Origin: a virus | Strand: one strand, 5' to 3' | IMG/VR virus record: IMGVR_UViG_3300044609_000721 | DNA length: 64,000 nucleotides | Shown here: positions 1-8,978 of the stretch, in pieces | Position numbering within the stretch: position 1 is the stretch's first letter | Layout of the letters: each line of letters opens with the position of its first letter | The notes under the pieces: model-generated | The model's database searches: none | Seen by the model: only the letters and a program-made list of their open reading frames with translations | Told to the model about the DNA's origin: nothing | Program-made: the position numbers and the translations under genes

Positions 1-128
1 GCAGGAGCACCGTCCCATTTCACAGTGACAGTAGAATTACGCTCACGCAGAAACTTGATAACATTCTGCACAGATTGCTTGCCCAGCAGTACAGAATCTT
101 CGGGATGTTCGAGGTGTGTGTTTTTCAT
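1..128 (-). CDS. 5' part of a conserved cyanophage protein (DUF6267-like, KxDG nucleotidyltransferase/ligase-type motif); runs off the window edge
   Basis: Manual translation from ATG 128: MKNTHLEHPEDSVLLGKQSVQNVIKFLRERNSTVTVKWDGAPA; sigma70 promoter directly upstream. Confidence 0.7.
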   Translation of the reverse strand, partial: MKNTHLEHPEDSVLLGKQSVQNVIKFLRERNSTVTVKWDGAP

Positions 129-134
129 GTCTTT

Positions 135-169
135 AGTATGGCACAAAAAAAGGGGGGCGTCAACCCCCC
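135..169 (-). promoter_or_regulatory. sigma70-type early promoter overlapping an intrinsic terminator
   Basis: TTGACG(163-158)-17 nt-CATACT(140-135); GGGGGG/CCCCCC stem around the -35 box followed by T7. Confidence 0.8.
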
Positions 170-192
170 AATGATCAGCGTTACTTATCGGT

Positions 193-1332
193 TCAGTGAG
201 TAACCATAACTCCAGCAGTTACCTTGTCAACAATTGCAGTAAGAACCTGCATCTTGAGTTCATTATTCTTAGCACCAGTACCACCACAAGCCCACTTGTA
301 GTTATCACCTTCATCGTTCACAATAGAACTGTCTGTATATGCTTCCTCATGAAGAGTAATTGCCTTAACAACTTCTTCATAAGTTTCGATACCGTTGAAC
401 ATCATCCAGAAAGTGTTCATAACTGTGCTGGGACGAAGAATAGACTTGTTAGAAAGTTCTACATCCTCATCCTTAATCATCGCATTGATGAAGTCAGACA
501 ACTCAGAAAATGCTTCAAGGTAGGTATCTTCTTCGATGTCATCATAATCAGAAAGATACAGTTTATCCTTCGAAGTTTGGGTAACACCCACGATGTTATC
601 TGGTGTCACGTTAATAACGAAATTCAAACACTCTGCGATCCATTCATCGGACTTCAGACGGCGCAGATAATCAGTGCCGAACATAGAGATGAGCAAAGAT
701 GCGTTTTCGTGACGAATCTTACGAACAAATCCAGCCCAAGGTGAATCAAATGCGTTACGCTTTTCTTGATTGTTCAGAGGAACTCCGCTATTCACGTTAG
801 TGAATACTTCAGAGAGACCCTTATAGTTGATCTGCACATACTCACTGATCACAAGATCACGATCTGCGATGATCTTTTGTACCAGTTTGGGGAGTTTGGA
901 GTATGTGTTGTTATGAGGGCCAACAACCAGGGTCTGAATGTCATCCTCAACGACATACTTATATGTACCCCTAGGAATTTCCCACTCGTTGTTCGTCAGC
1001 GAAGTGAGAAACTTGAATCGGTTGTTACCATCGAGAATGATATACTCAAGTCCTTCATCAATCAGTCCTTGGAAGAAGTCATATGCACGATCATTTGGTG
1101 CAATTTTCTTCAGTTTTGAGATTGCCAGTTGAAGATCAACAACCACAAAGTTGCCTTCAAGGCGATTCATCAGGAGCGAAGAGAAATAATCTTTCTTATC
1201 TTTCTTTCCCCAGGCTTCAGGGCGCTGAAACTCTTCTGGGGCAAAAGAGTGCCTGTAGTTAGTTACAGTATCAATCAAGGATCGCACTTTAGGGCAATGC
1301 TTGATAGGATACAATTCTTTGTTATTAGTCAT
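193..1332 (-). CDS. DUF262 (GmrS/ParB-like) domain protein
   Basis: Motifs EFQRPEAW, ILDGNNRF (DGQQR-like) and FTNVNSGVPLN; probable start ATG 1332 with GGAG upstream. Confidence 0.7.
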   Translation of the reverse strand: MTNNKELYPIKHCPKVRSLIDTVTNYRHSFAPEEFQRPEAWGKKDKKDYFSSLLMNRLEGNFVVVDLQLAISKLKKIAPNDRAYDFFQGLIDEGLEYIILDGNNRFKFLTSLTNNEWEIPRGTYKYVVEDDIQTLVVGPHNNTYSKLPKLVQKIIADRDLVISEYVQINYKGLSEVFTNVNSGVPLNNQEKRNAFDSPWAGFVRKIRHENASLLISMFGTDYLRRLKSDEWIAECLNFVINVTPDNIVGVTQTSKDKLYLSDYDDIEEDTYLEAFSELSDFINAMIKDEDVELSNKSILRPSTVMNTFWMMFNGIETYEEVVKAITLHEEAYTDSSIVNDEGDNYKWACGGTGAKNNELKMQVLTAIVDKVTAGVMVTH

Positions 1333-1395
1333 TAGGAGTTCTCCGTAAGGGGTTTGTTTGTGTCCCAGAATCACAGTCGATTGCAGGACGGATGT

Positions 1396-1429
1396 AGTTT
1401 AACAGATTTGGGTGGGGATGTCAAGCCCC
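1396..1429 (-). promoter_or_regulatory. sigma70-type promoter with stem-loop around the -35 box
   Basis: TTGACA(1424-1419)-17-TAAACT(1401-1396); GGGG/CCCC stem. Confidence 0.75.
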
Positions 1430-1966
1430 GATCAGGAACCGCTGCTCGTATTGTAACAGTTCTTTAGGTGCATCAATTACGTTGGAGTTCATCATAACAG
1501 AATCCTTCCATCGTTTCTTACCTTCTTCACGCTTGAGAAGGTTGATGCCAATATGGTTATATTTGAGGTGGGTAGGTATAGCAACCCTGTAACCACTCTC
1601 ATCGTTTGTTGTTAGCGAAGAGAGTTCTTCATTCTCTTGCTGTGTGACAACAATAGTTTGACAGGACAACCAGAACATCCGTTCAAACTCTTCATAGTTT
1701 ACCAGATAAGTGTCTGGGTTGTCAAGTATCATCCTACAAATGAATTGTGGTGATAGACAGTGATCAAGTACGGTCTTTTTACCGCTCAATTTGTTATGCA
1801 GTGCATTCTCACTGATTAATCCTGTAGGGTTGGGATTACCAGAATCAAATACACCAAAGTAATAGATTCTTGTGATGGGTCGTGTGTACTTAGGATTTCC
1901 CCAGTTGTGTACATTAGACCGCAATCCGTTGAATGCAGTCTCACAATAGACTCGCCAATCTTTCAT
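1421..1966 (-). CDS. hypothetical protein, possible degenerate HNH-like nuclease
   Basis: 181 aa ORF; VLDHCLSP...TIVVTQQEN resembles a beta-beta-alpha-metal signature. Confidence 0.55.
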   Translation of the reverse strand: MKDWRVYCETAFNGLRSNVHNWGNPKYTRPITRIYYFGVFDSGNPNPTGLISENALHNKLSGKKTVLDHCLSPQFICRMILDNPDTYLVNYEEFERMFWLSCQTIVVTQQENEELSSLTTNDESGYRVAIPTHLKYNHIGINLLKREEGKKRWKDSVMMNSNVIDAPKELLQYEQRFLIGA

Positions 1967-2337
1967 CAGTCCTCAGAGCACAACCACAGGAGAAAGATAA
2001 CAATGAAACCACCAACAAACCATGGCCAATGTGCCATTACGAAAGAAAGTACCATTCCGCCAAATACAAGGATAGAACCAAGAAGTAGCAGAGCAAGGGA
2101 AGAACTACCATCAAGAGAGGAACCTCCAGAACTAGAATGACTTTGGTGGTCACAGTTACTACTGTCACCAAATTGAACATTTGTTTTAGGACGCCAGGTT
2201 GCTCTTAGCGCCTCCATTCCATACATTGATTCTGCAGTGTGCATTGCTTCACGCTCACTCATACAGTCATCAATGATGACAGTTTTATTCAATCCACCTT
2301 CACGGCGGAGGAGAACTTCATACCTAGACATGATCAA
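1966..2337 (-). CDS. hypothetical membrane protein
   Basis: Two C-terminal hydrophobic segments; coupled to neighbouring genes. Confidence 0.65.
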   Translation of the reverse strand: MIMSRYEVLLRREGGLNKTVIIDDCMSEREAMHTAESMYGMEALRATWRPKTNVQFGDSSNCDHQSHSSSGGSSLDGSSSLALLLLGSILVFGGMVLSFVMAHWPWFVGGFIVIFLLWLCSED

Positions 2338-2561
2338 TACTCAGCAATACGTTCCATGAATAGGAAACCATAATTGTCTCCTTCTTCTGTAATTGCCCAC
2401 TCCATATATTCCATGGCAAGTGCTCTAGCATCACCCATACGATTCTCTGCCTCTAGGATCTCAAACCGTTTGTCACAACGATCTAGTTGATCCTCGATGA
2501 TTTCAGAAGCGTTCTTTACTGGTTCCCGAAATAGTTTTGCGAGTTTGCGTTGACTAATCAT
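2334..2561 (-). CDS. hypothetical protein
   Basis: Probable start MISQRK at 2561; the track's extension runs through the promoter. Confidence 0.6.
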   Translation of the reverse strand: MISQRKLAKLFREPVKNASEIIEDQLDRCDKRFEILEAENRMGDARALAMEYMEWAITEEGDNYGFLFMERIAEY

Positions 2562-2685
2562 TGTGTTGAAGTCTCCCAAGAAACTGTTTTTTCGCTTTTT
2601 TGAGTTGACGAGTCCTAGCGGATCGCTTAGGACTCTTAGTGTTCCTACCACGATTGCGTGGAGATTCATGTGATTTAAGTCGCAT
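2554..2685 (-). CDS. small basic hypothetical protein (43 aa, not in the ORF track)
   Basis: MRLKSHESPRNRGRNTKSPKRSARTRQLKKAKKQFLGRLQHND; first ORF after the promoter, AGGA upstream. Confidence 0.55.
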   Translation of the reverse strand: MRLKSHESPRNRGRNTKSPKRSARTRQLKKAKKQFLGRLQHND

Positions 2686-2703
2686 TTTCCTGACCTCTTG
2701 CTT

Positions 2704-2736
2704 AGAATAGGGCATGGCCCCACCAAAGTCAAGGGG
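2704..2736 (-). promoter_or_regulatory. sigma70-type promoter with stem-loop
   Basis: TTGACT(2732-2727)-17-TATTCT(2709-2704); CCCC/GGGG flanks. Confidence 0.7.
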
Positions 2737-2766
2737 TCATGGATTAGTGTTGCTTATGGATGCTGA

Positions 2767-3000
2767 TCAAAGTTCAAACTCTCCTAATGCGTTGTTTGTT
2801 TGTGATAATCTTTGTGCCCAGGTTGCACCGCCTTCTCTACCTAAACAGGGATTTGCACAGTTCTGGCGTTTATCATCAGGTAAATTGTTGCAGACGAGAC
2901 CAGCAAGATCTAGTTCATTCCCTTTTTTACCTGTACCAGACCAATAATGCTGCCCGTCGATCCACTTTGCTCCACAAACAGAGCATTGTTTATTATTCAT
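2767..3000 (-). CDS. hypothetical Cys-rich protein
   Basis: CSVC...WIDGQHYW...LAGLVCN...CANP; GGAG upstream. Confidence 0.7.
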   Translation of the reverse strand: MNNKQCSVCGAKWIDGQHYWSGTGKKGNELDLAGLVCNNLPDDKRQNCANPCLGREGGATWAQRLSQTNNALGEFEL

Positions 3001-3062
3001 AGATCGACTCCCAATTAAGTTATTATTTAGAGATTATAGCATCTCAAGTTAAGACTGCTGTA

Positions 3063-3551
3063 TCAAAAACTACAAAAAGTATCTCTTTTTGTGAGAGACT
3101 TCACAACAGTATGATAATTATCTTGACACTGATCATATTTGACTTTGAGTTCATCATGCTCAGAATCTACCTTATAGAATAGATCTTGCAGTTGTTCATA
3201 ATCCAATAGCAGTCGATCATACTCAGTCACAAGATCTTCATGCTTCATATGCAAACCATTGTATTCATCAATAGCAGCACGATAGTTCTTTTTAGTTTGC
3301 TCTAGTTCTGCAGCATCACACATCGCATCAAGTTCATCATCAGTGTATTTTGTTTGTGGTTTTTTGACCACTTCGTTCCATGCTTTAATGAATGCTTCAT
3401 CCTGCACTTCAATATAATGATCGAGTAGAGTCAATGCAGCTTCAACCATCTTGGGACTATCACTATAATCCCTTAGAATATCACGAACAGTGAGGAAACT
3501 TGTGATAGTTTCACTCACATCATTCATCACTTTCCAGTAAGGACTCGTCAT
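3063..3551 (-). CDS. hypothetical coiled-coil protein
   Basis: 162 aa ORF with a heptad-like C-terminal half. Confidence 0.6.
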   Translation of the reverse strand: MTSPYWKVMNDVSETITSFLTVRDILRDYSDSPKMVEAALTLLDHYIEVQDEAFIKAWNEVVKKPQTKYTDDELDAMCDAAELEQTKKNYRAAIDEYNGLHMKHEDLVTEYDRLLLDYEQLQDLFYKVDSEHDELKVKYDQCQDNYHTVVKSLTKRDTFCSF

Positions 3552-3723
3552 TAGAATACTCCGTCAGTAGTTTTTCAAGCATAGCAGTGATTTGTGCTTC
3601 TGTCAAGTCATTGAGAAAAGCATAGTTAGGATCTTCTGGATCCCATTCAATACTCAAAGTGCCATCAGCATTTTCAGATACTTTGAGTGTATCATTTTCA
3701 AACTCTTGCAGTTCTTCACTCAT
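3520..3723 (-). CDS. hypothetical acidic protein
   Basis: 67 aa ORF in a coupled gene run. Confidence 0.6.
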   Translation of the reverse strand: MSEELQEFENDTLKVSENADGTLSIEWDPEDPNYAFLNDLTEAQITAMLEKLLTEYSNDESLLESDE

Positions 3724-3724
3724 A

Positions 3725-3910
3725 TTATTCTCCTAAATTAAAATCAAATAAGTGTTTCCATTTGGGTTCTTTTAGTATATCAACGTGATTCTGCAATTCG
3801 TACAATTCATTCGTCAAACCAACATTCTCATCCTCTAGATACTTAACTCGTTCCTCTAATTCAACAAGTTTTTCATGTAAAGTTTTGATTGCAAGTTCAG
3901 TGAATTTCAT
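3725..3910 (-). CDS. hypothetical coiled-coil protein
   Basis: 61 aa ORF in a coupled gene run. Confidence 0.6.
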   Translation of the reverse strand: MKFTELAIKTLHEKLVELEERVKYLEDENVGLTNELYELQNHVDILKEPKWKHLFDFNLGE

Positions 3911-3911
3911 A

Positions 3912-4097
3912 TCAGTAATTTGTTGGAGTTGTACGAGTTACAAAATTACCTTTACCTTCTAAACTCTGAACCATGAGTTCAGTAAATCGTTCCATCTTTG
4001 CAGGATGAACAGAAGCAGGGTCGTAAGTAATGGCATCTTTCAGTGCCTTCAGCTCGATCCATTCGTCTTGTGTCATGTTGGTTCTTTCGATTACCAT
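3912..4097 (-). CDS. hypothetical protein
   Basis: 61 aa ORF. Confidence 0.6.
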   Translation of the reverse strand: MVIERTNMTQDEWIELKALKDAITYDPASVHPAKMERFTELMVQSLEGKGNFVTRTTPTNY

Positions 4098-4152
4098 ACT
4101 ATTTTATCTTGAAATGCTGATAAAGTACCATTTCTTAACGATTGCTCCTGAT

Positions 4153-4485
4153 TCAATTAATAAAACTACACTCTAGAGTGTATTCTTTCTTCTGTAGTTT
4201 GTGTCGCTCGATGTATTTAGTTGCATGTGATTCATGCTGAAACCAGCAGATCTTTTTACCAGTTCCCTCTTTATGTTCAAGACGATAGGGGAATGTCTCA
4301 TAGGGGAACTTAGTATCACTATGCTCTGCTGCAACAATATTCACAGCAGGTTCTACAACCTTCTTTGCCCTAGGTTTAGTGGCAGGTTTCTTTGCTGGTG
4401 CCTTAGGTTTGGTTGTAGTCTTCTTCTTAGCAGCAGGTTTCTTTGCTACTGGTTTGGTCTCTTCAGTCTTCTTTGCTCGGGGCAT
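4153..4485 (-). CDS. hypothetical protein with a Lys/Ala/Pro-rich (histone H1-like) N-terminus
   Basis: PVAKKPAAKKK...PAKKPATKPRAKK followed by a small globular domain. Confidence 0.7.
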   Translation of the reverse strand: MPRAKKTEETKPVAKKPAAKKKTTTKPKAPAKKPATKPRAKKVVEPAVNIVAAEHSDTKFPYETFPYRLEHKEGTGKKICWFQHESHATKYIERHKLQKKEYTLECSFIN

Positions 4486-4889
4486 CAGCGTCCTGTTACA
4501 TCTGTGAAGTCCTGTATCTTACCATATCTGAAGTGGATTCGCAACCTAGGACAATCTTCCCATGATTCTTGCCCAGCAGCAGGATACACTTCGATATACT
4601 TTGTGATATAACATGGTTGATACTTACCATGCACACCAGTAGGTATCCATTCCCAGTTCATCCATGATCGTTCAGGATTATAATTAGGATGCCCTTCTTC
4701 ATAGATTTCCATTCTACTACATCCAATATAACTTGGATACCATAAAAGACCACTGGGATCTAACCAGTAGTCTGTCATTGTGCCACCAATACCATCCTCG
4801 ATGTCTTTAGTTTGGCACACTACATTTGTGAATTTCTCACCCAAATCGTAGGATGAACGAAAGTAATCAAACATTCCCAAGGCTATCAC
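4485..4889 (-). CDS. conserved cyanophage-type hypothetical protein
   Basis: GMFDYFRSSYDLG...CQTKDIEDGIGGTMTDYWLDP. Confidence 0.7.
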   Translation of the reverse strand: MIALGMFDYFRSSYDLGEKFTNVVCQTKDIEDGIGGTMTDYWLDPSGLLWYPSYIGCSRMEIYEEGHPNYNPERSWMNWEWIPTGVHGKYQPCYITKYIEVYPAAGQESWEDCPRLRIHFRYGKIQDFTDVTGR

Positions 4890-5061
4890 CTCTCTTCTTT
4901 TTGTCGTAGATAATTTCGATTTTCTTGTGCTCTGAATGAAGGTCAGAACAGTGGTAGTATTTTACCTCACCATCGAGTAATTTGCAAATGTTTTCGATTT
5001 GTATTCCAGCAAGGATAGATTTAGTTTGTTCAGTCATTTCAAATACCTGCGTCAGCATCAA
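4867..5061 (-). CDS. hypothetical protein
   Basis: 64 aa ORF. Confidence 0.55.
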   Translation of the reverse strand: MMLTQVFEMTEQTKSILAGIQIENICKLLDGEVKYYHCSDLHSEHKKIEIIYDKKKRGDSLGNV

Positions 5062-5248
5062 TCGTGAATTCTGCTTTGTCTGTGATAACCTCTACACTCA
5101 TTTGACCCATAATGTTGGCAATCGCATTCCTTACATCCTCCCTTGACTTGTGAGTATAAACACCACTCCAGTTTGATACCATTAGAGAGTGGTTGATTGT
5201 ATCAATAATAACTGCGAGTTGGTGTGCTGTGAGTTTCATTTTAGTCAT
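5039..5248 (-). CDS. hypothetical protein
   Basis: 69 aa ORF, 4-nt overlap with the upstream gene. Confidence 0.6.
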   Translation of the reverse strand: MTKMKLTAHQLAVIIDTINHSLMVSNWSGVYTHKSREDVRNAIANIMGQMSVEVITDKAEFTIDADAGI

Positions 5249-5463
5249 TTACAATCCTCATTAGGGTCAAAGTCAAGGTATTCTACCACAGGTTCTCTAC
5301 AATACTCACAAAGTTGTTCCTGTGCTTCTTCTAGAGTATCATATCCACCATCAAAATAAACCTCATAGGCAAAGATATTATACCAAGAATACAAAAATTT
5401 CTGTTGTGGATAATACTTTGTAGTATCACCATAAGTTTCTTTTTTGATACGATACTTTTTCAT
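5245..5463 (-). CDS. hypothetical protein
   Basis: 72 aa ORF, 4-nt overlaps. Confidence 0.65.
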   Translation of the reverse strand: MKKYRIKKETYGDTTKYYPQQKFLYSWYNIFAYEVYFDGGYDTLEEAQEQLCEYCREPVVEYLDFDPNEDCK

Positions 5464-5627
5464 CGGATTCCAACAGCAAAGAGTTTTTTGAGTTCGTGAT
5501 AGACAAGCACCAAATCTCGGTCAGTAGATAGATGACCACAATCCTTTGCCCCTCTCAAAAATTCATAGAGTTCTTTTGCTTGTTGCTCTGTGAGTGCAAG
5601 ATGGTAAGTTTTACTGATTTTAATCAT
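5460..5627 (-). CDS. hypothetical protein (55 aa, not in the track)
   Basis: MIKISKTYHLALTEQQAKELYEF...; fills the gap with 4-nt overlaps on both sides. Confidence 0.6.
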   Translation of the reverse strand: MIKISKTYHLALTEQQAKELYEFLRGAKDCGHLSTDRDLVLVYHELKKLFAVGIR

Positions 5628-5812
5628 TGTGGGTCTCCTACAAGTCCAGAATATTTTTCTCTATCCCAACCATCATTATAACCTCGCTCATAAGCAATTT
5701 CAGCAACTTTCATAGCAAAATCCATACGAGAAGGTTCCCAAGGAAGTTTTCGTGCTACTTTTCGTTCTTCCATCATATCCAGAAAGATTTGGTAGATTTC
5801 GTCCTCAGTCAT
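5624..5812 (-). CDS. hypothetical protein
   Basis: Probable start MTEDEI, overlapping the upstream stop. Confidence 0.6.
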   Translation of the reverse strand: MTEDEIYQIFLDMMEERKVARKLPWEPSRMDFAMKVAEIAYERGYNDGWDREKYSGLVGDPQ

Positions 5813-6030
5813 TTCACAAAATCTCCAATCACAGGAACAGTTCCACAAATATCAGTAATTCGTCCTACTGTTTGGTCTTTGAGTGCTTGACGACACTCCA
5901 AGTTCTTATTGTATGTTTGTTGAAAGAGTGCTCGTTGTTGTTGGTCCTCGTAAGTGATAGCACCAGCAGCAACGATTATAACAAAAAAGAAAGCAAAAAT
6001 TGCCAAAGTAACTTCATCAAAGTTTTTCAT
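5809..6030 (-). CDS. hypothetical membrane-anchored protein
   Basis: N-terminal hydrophobic helix. Confidence 0.65.
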   Translation of the reverse strand: MKNFDEVTLAIFAFFFVIIVAAGAITYEDQQQRALFQQTYNKNLECRQALKDQTVGRITDICGTVPVIGDFVK

Positions 6031-6218
6031 AGTGCCTTCAGTTCCTCACACAATTTTAACACATCAGCACACATAATCACACCAGGGCTTTGTTGGAGTT
6101 GATTGATAGTTTCACGGAGAGTAGCAACCATAATAGGAACCTCACATTCTTGGTCGTTAGGAGTTCTGTAAAGTGCTTGTCGTGCTTCTTCTCTTACTCT
6201 TTGTGCTCGTTCAGTCAT
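6027..6218 (-). CDS. hypothetical protein
   Basis: 63 aa ORF, coupled. Confidence 0.6.
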   Translation of the reverse strand: MTERAQRVREEARQALYRTPNDQECEVPIMVATLRETINQLQQSPGVIMCADVLKLCEELKAL

Positions 6219-6472
6219 TTCAGTTCCTCTTCAATCCTTTCAATCTCAAAGATTTCATTTAGAAACTCCAATCCATACTTACCCACAACCCAAGCATCTT
6301 TATCCTCAAAGAACCGATCACCTATGGTTCTCATATCATAACACTCTTTACCTTTATCAAAGAAAGCAATGACATAACAAAGTTCTTTTTGGTTGCAATC
6401 TTTATACCAACTGACGAGTTCATACTTTTTATTGAACTCACTCCAACGAAACTCTATATTACGGAACCTCAT
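6215..6472 (-). CDS. hypothetical protein
   Basis: 85 aa ORF, coupled. Confidence 0.65.
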   Translation of the reverse strand: MRFRNIEFRWSEFNKKYELVSWYKDCNQKELCYVIAFFDKGKECYDMRTIGDRFFEDKDAWVVGKYGLEFLNEIFEIERIEEELK

Positions 6473-6678
6473 TTGCCCTCCAGAATGTCAAGTTTTTCGT
6501 GAATAAAATCAGTCACATCAATAGTATTCGCATCCACACCTTCTTCTTGACAGTCAAGAATAAACTCCATAAATGCACTAAGAATCAAACAGGTGCGGCG
6601 ATGATCGTGCTCTGTGATGGTAGTATGTGGATCGGCAACATAATGAACAATATGCTCGTAGAGTTGGTCGTAAGTCAT
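6469..6678 (-). CDS. hypothetical protein
   Basis: 69 aa ORF, coupled. Confidence 0.6.
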   Translation of the reverse strand: MTYDQLYEHIVHYVADPHTTITEHDHRRTCLILSAFMEFILDCQEEGVDANTIDVTDFIHEKLDILEGK

Positions 6679-6983
6679 TATTCTTGGGGAGTTTGATTAG
6701 GAACTGGGGGTGGTGGAACCACTGGAGGTAGTGTAGCAGGTTTCGGTGCCACTTGAGGGGTAGGGGTCTGTTGTGGAAGTGGCACAGGAGCAGGGGGAGT
6801 TGCTGTTTGCTTCTCTAAATCAGCAATCTTTTGTTGCAGTTCAGTGATATGTTGCTCGTAGGTAGTATTAACTTCTTCTGCTGGTTTTGTTTGGTTTTCA
6901 TTTGCCAGTTTCCATCCAGCAGCACCAGCACCAAAGATACTGGCAAGGGCAGCAACAACAGAAATGGTTTTAGAAAAACTCAT
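6678..6983 (-). CDS. membrane-anchored or secreted protein with a Pro-rich tail
   Basis: Signal-like N-terminus, coiled coil, then PPAPVPLP...PPPPVP. Confidence 0.7.
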   Translation of the reverse strand: MSFSKTISVVAALASIFGAGAAGWKLANENQTKPAEEVNTTYEQHITELQQKIADLEKQTATPPAPVPLPQQTPTPQVAPKPATLPPVVPPPPVPNQTPQE

Positions 6984-7162
6984 CAATAATCTTCCTCGTC
7001 AAAGATAAAGTATTCGTAGATTGCAGACATCACGGCATCTTCAATCCTCTCGATAATAGCACCTTCAGAAGGATTCTCAACGTGTTTGTGTGCTAACGCA
7101 TACCCACGACGCACACCTTCTTCGATTGCCATTTCTAAGATGACACGGGTTTTAGGTTTCAT
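6983..7162 (-). CDS. hypothetical protein (59 aa, not in the track)
   Basis: MKPKTRVILEMAIEEGVRRGYALAHKHVENPSEGAIIERIEDAVMSAIYEYFIFDEEDY. Confidence 0.6.
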   Translation of the reverse strand: MKPKTRVILEMAIEEGVRRGYALAHKHVENPSEGAIIERIEDAVMSAIYEYFIFDEEDY

Positions 7163-7298
7163 TTCTTCACCTCACAAGCAGGAGTCATATCAACTAAGAT
7201 TGCAGCAAGTTTCAATCCACCAAGCACCGCAGTTGGAGCAATAAAAATTAACAACAGAATGCCAAGTGGAATGGCAACATATTCCTCAAAAAAGCTTT

Positions 7299-7484
7299 TC
7301 ATTCTTCATCCTCCACAGGGAACATAGCAGCATACTCTTCATCAGTGACAGTGAGAATCTCTAAGGTGCCATTCTCAGTTGCCTCTGTGATTTCCTCATC
7401 ATACATCACAAAGTAGCGAGCAAACTCGTGTAGACTGGTGCTGCCAAACTCAACAACACCATCAATCAGGCAGAGATAGTTCAT
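7299..7484 (-). CDS. hypothetical protein
   Basis: 61 aa ORF. Confidence 0.6.
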   Translation of the reverse strand: MNYLCLIDGVVEFGSTSLHEFARYFVMYDEEITEATENGTLEILTVTDEEYAAMFPVEDEE

Positions 7485-7681
7485 CGCATTTCAGTCAGGA
7501 CTTCAATAAAATCAATAATACAATCTTTGGGAATGTAGAATGGTTCTGCAGTTTTCCGTTCTTCAATTCCGTGAGTTGCGTAAGGAGTAATCTCTACAGA
7601 ACCTTCACCATCATCAGTGAATTGGTAGAACCAACCATCTTCGTGGTGAATACGAATTTGTTTTGTGATTTGGTAAGTCAT
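7481..7681 (-). CDS. hypothetical protein
   Basis: 66 aa ORF, coupled. Confidence 0.6.
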   Translation of the reverse strand: MTYQITKQIRIHHEDGWFYQFTDDGEGSVEITPYATHGIEERKTAEPFYIPKDCIIDFIEVLTEMR

Positions 7682-7914
7682 AAGATTACATCCTTGATTT
7701 CAGAAATGATTTCCCAGTGTGCATCTGCTTTGTCACCGAAACGATTACTTCCAGTGCGAGTGCTGACCCACATAAAGTATTTGCGATTCTCTGATGCTAA
7801 GAATAACTCACCACCAGTATCCTGCTCTACAATACAAACAGGATTGTTATCCATGATGTTAGCAAAACGATTCTTTGCCTTGCTAGATTTAGGTTTTACA
7901 ATAACCTTTCTCAT
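7678..7914 (-). CDS. hypothetical protein
   Basis: 78 aa ORF, coupled. Confidence 0.65.
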   Translation of the reverse strand: MRKVIVKPKSSKAKNRFANIMDNNPVCIVEQDTGGELFLASENRKYFMWVSTRTGSNRFGDKADAHWEIISEIKDVIL

Positions 7915-8108
7915 TTATCAGCAATGATAGCAACAATCAAGATGGTAGCAATGGCACAAAGAACAATCAGAGCACTAATCCACAGAGGAGAAAGAACCCA
8001 GACCCAAGGCCAAGTAATATGACCAGTGAGTTTCAGACCAATAAACAGAACAGTCAGCAGACCAGGGAATCCGATACCACTGGAGGAAGAAGAAGAATTG
8101 CTAGACAT
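7911..8108 (-). CDS. small phage membrane protein
   Basis: MSSNSSSSSSGIGFPGLLTVLFIGLKLTGHITWPWVWVLSPLW; start at 8108 lies downstream of the promoter. Confidence 0.75.
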   Translation of the reverse strand: MSSNSSSSSSGIGFPGLLTVLFIGLKLTGHITWPWVWVLSPLWISALIVLCAIATILIVAIIADK

Positions 8109-8133
8109 TTGCTTTGTTTCGTTCAACATTGAT

Positions 8134-8167
8134 AATATAACACCCCTCAACCGTGAAGTCAAGGGGT
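8134..8167 (-). promoter_or_regulatory. sigma70-type promoter within a 10-bp stem-loop
   Basis: TTGACT(8162-8157)-17-TATATT(8139-8134); ACCCCTTGAC/GTTGAGGGGT stem. Confidence 0.8.
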
Positions 8168-8179
8168 CATTGATAAGTG

Positions 8180-8716
8180 TTACGGATATTTGCCGACGAT
8201 ACCAATAGTATATCTTATCTGTCCACCAAATCCCGTGAATGATGGATCTATGTCTGCTCTAATATCTGATACTACAGCTTTTCCATTTGCAACTTCTTCC
8301 AATACCTTGAGAAAATGTTTTTCCATTTCTGTTGTTGGTTTAGGAAAAGCAAAACATGTTGATACTGAAGTTCTAGTAACAGGTGATGTGGTTTTGCCAT
8401 TACTAATCAATGCGTCTGCTTTAATATAATCACCATTCATATTCATTCTACCATTCGATATAGTAGCAGTAGGAATGACTTGATCAGTTAAACCATTATA
8501 TACTGAAAGTTCGTTAGTAGCAGCATTAAAGGATAGTTGACCATGCACAGGAGCATTAGTAATTGCAGTAGTAAATGCACCACTGTGAAGTGCATCCAGC
8601 TTCTTCCTCAATTCTTCCCTAAGTTTCTCCTCTCTATCTTCTACAACTTCCTCTACGACTTCTTCTTTCTTCTCACCATACATTTCGTCGAATGTATCGA
8701 GCAATGGATTAGTCAT
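8180..8716 (-). CDS. hypothetical protein
   Basis: 178 aa ORF with an acidic N-terminus. Confidence 0.65.
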   Translation of the reverse strand: MTNPLLDTFDEMYGEKKEEVVEEVVEDREEKLREELRKKLDALHSGAFTTAITNAPVHGQLSFNAATNELSVYNGLTDQVIPTATISNGRMNMNGDYIKADALISNGKTTSPVTRTSVSTCFAFPKPTTEMEKHFLKVLEEVANGKAVVSDIRADIDPSFTGFGGQIRYTIGIVGKYP

Positions 8717-8978
8717 AATTTCTCCGATAATACTCTAAGTTGCGGGGGGCAGTTGTAAGAAAATCACAGCGAATCTCAAACCATTTCCAGCGGAATGTGA
8801 ATCCTGTTACAGATCGACTGCCGAAACTAATCAGCAGCATTGGGAATATCTCAGTGGCAGGATAATCATCCCACTGAATACAAACATCTAGCAGTGAGAA
8901 TAGAGGATACCATGGGAACAGTTGGAAATACCATTCATGCCCATAGTCTTCGTAGTGTGCTGCGTCAAATAGTTTCAC
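8709..8978 (-). CDS. hypothetical protein
   Basis: 89 aa aromatic-rich ORF, coupled. Confidence 0.65.
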   Translation of the reverse strand: MKLFDAAHYEDYGHEWYFQLFPWYPLFSLLDVCIQWDDYPATEIFPMLLISFGSRSVTGFTFRWKWFEIRCDFLTTAPRNLEYYRRNYD

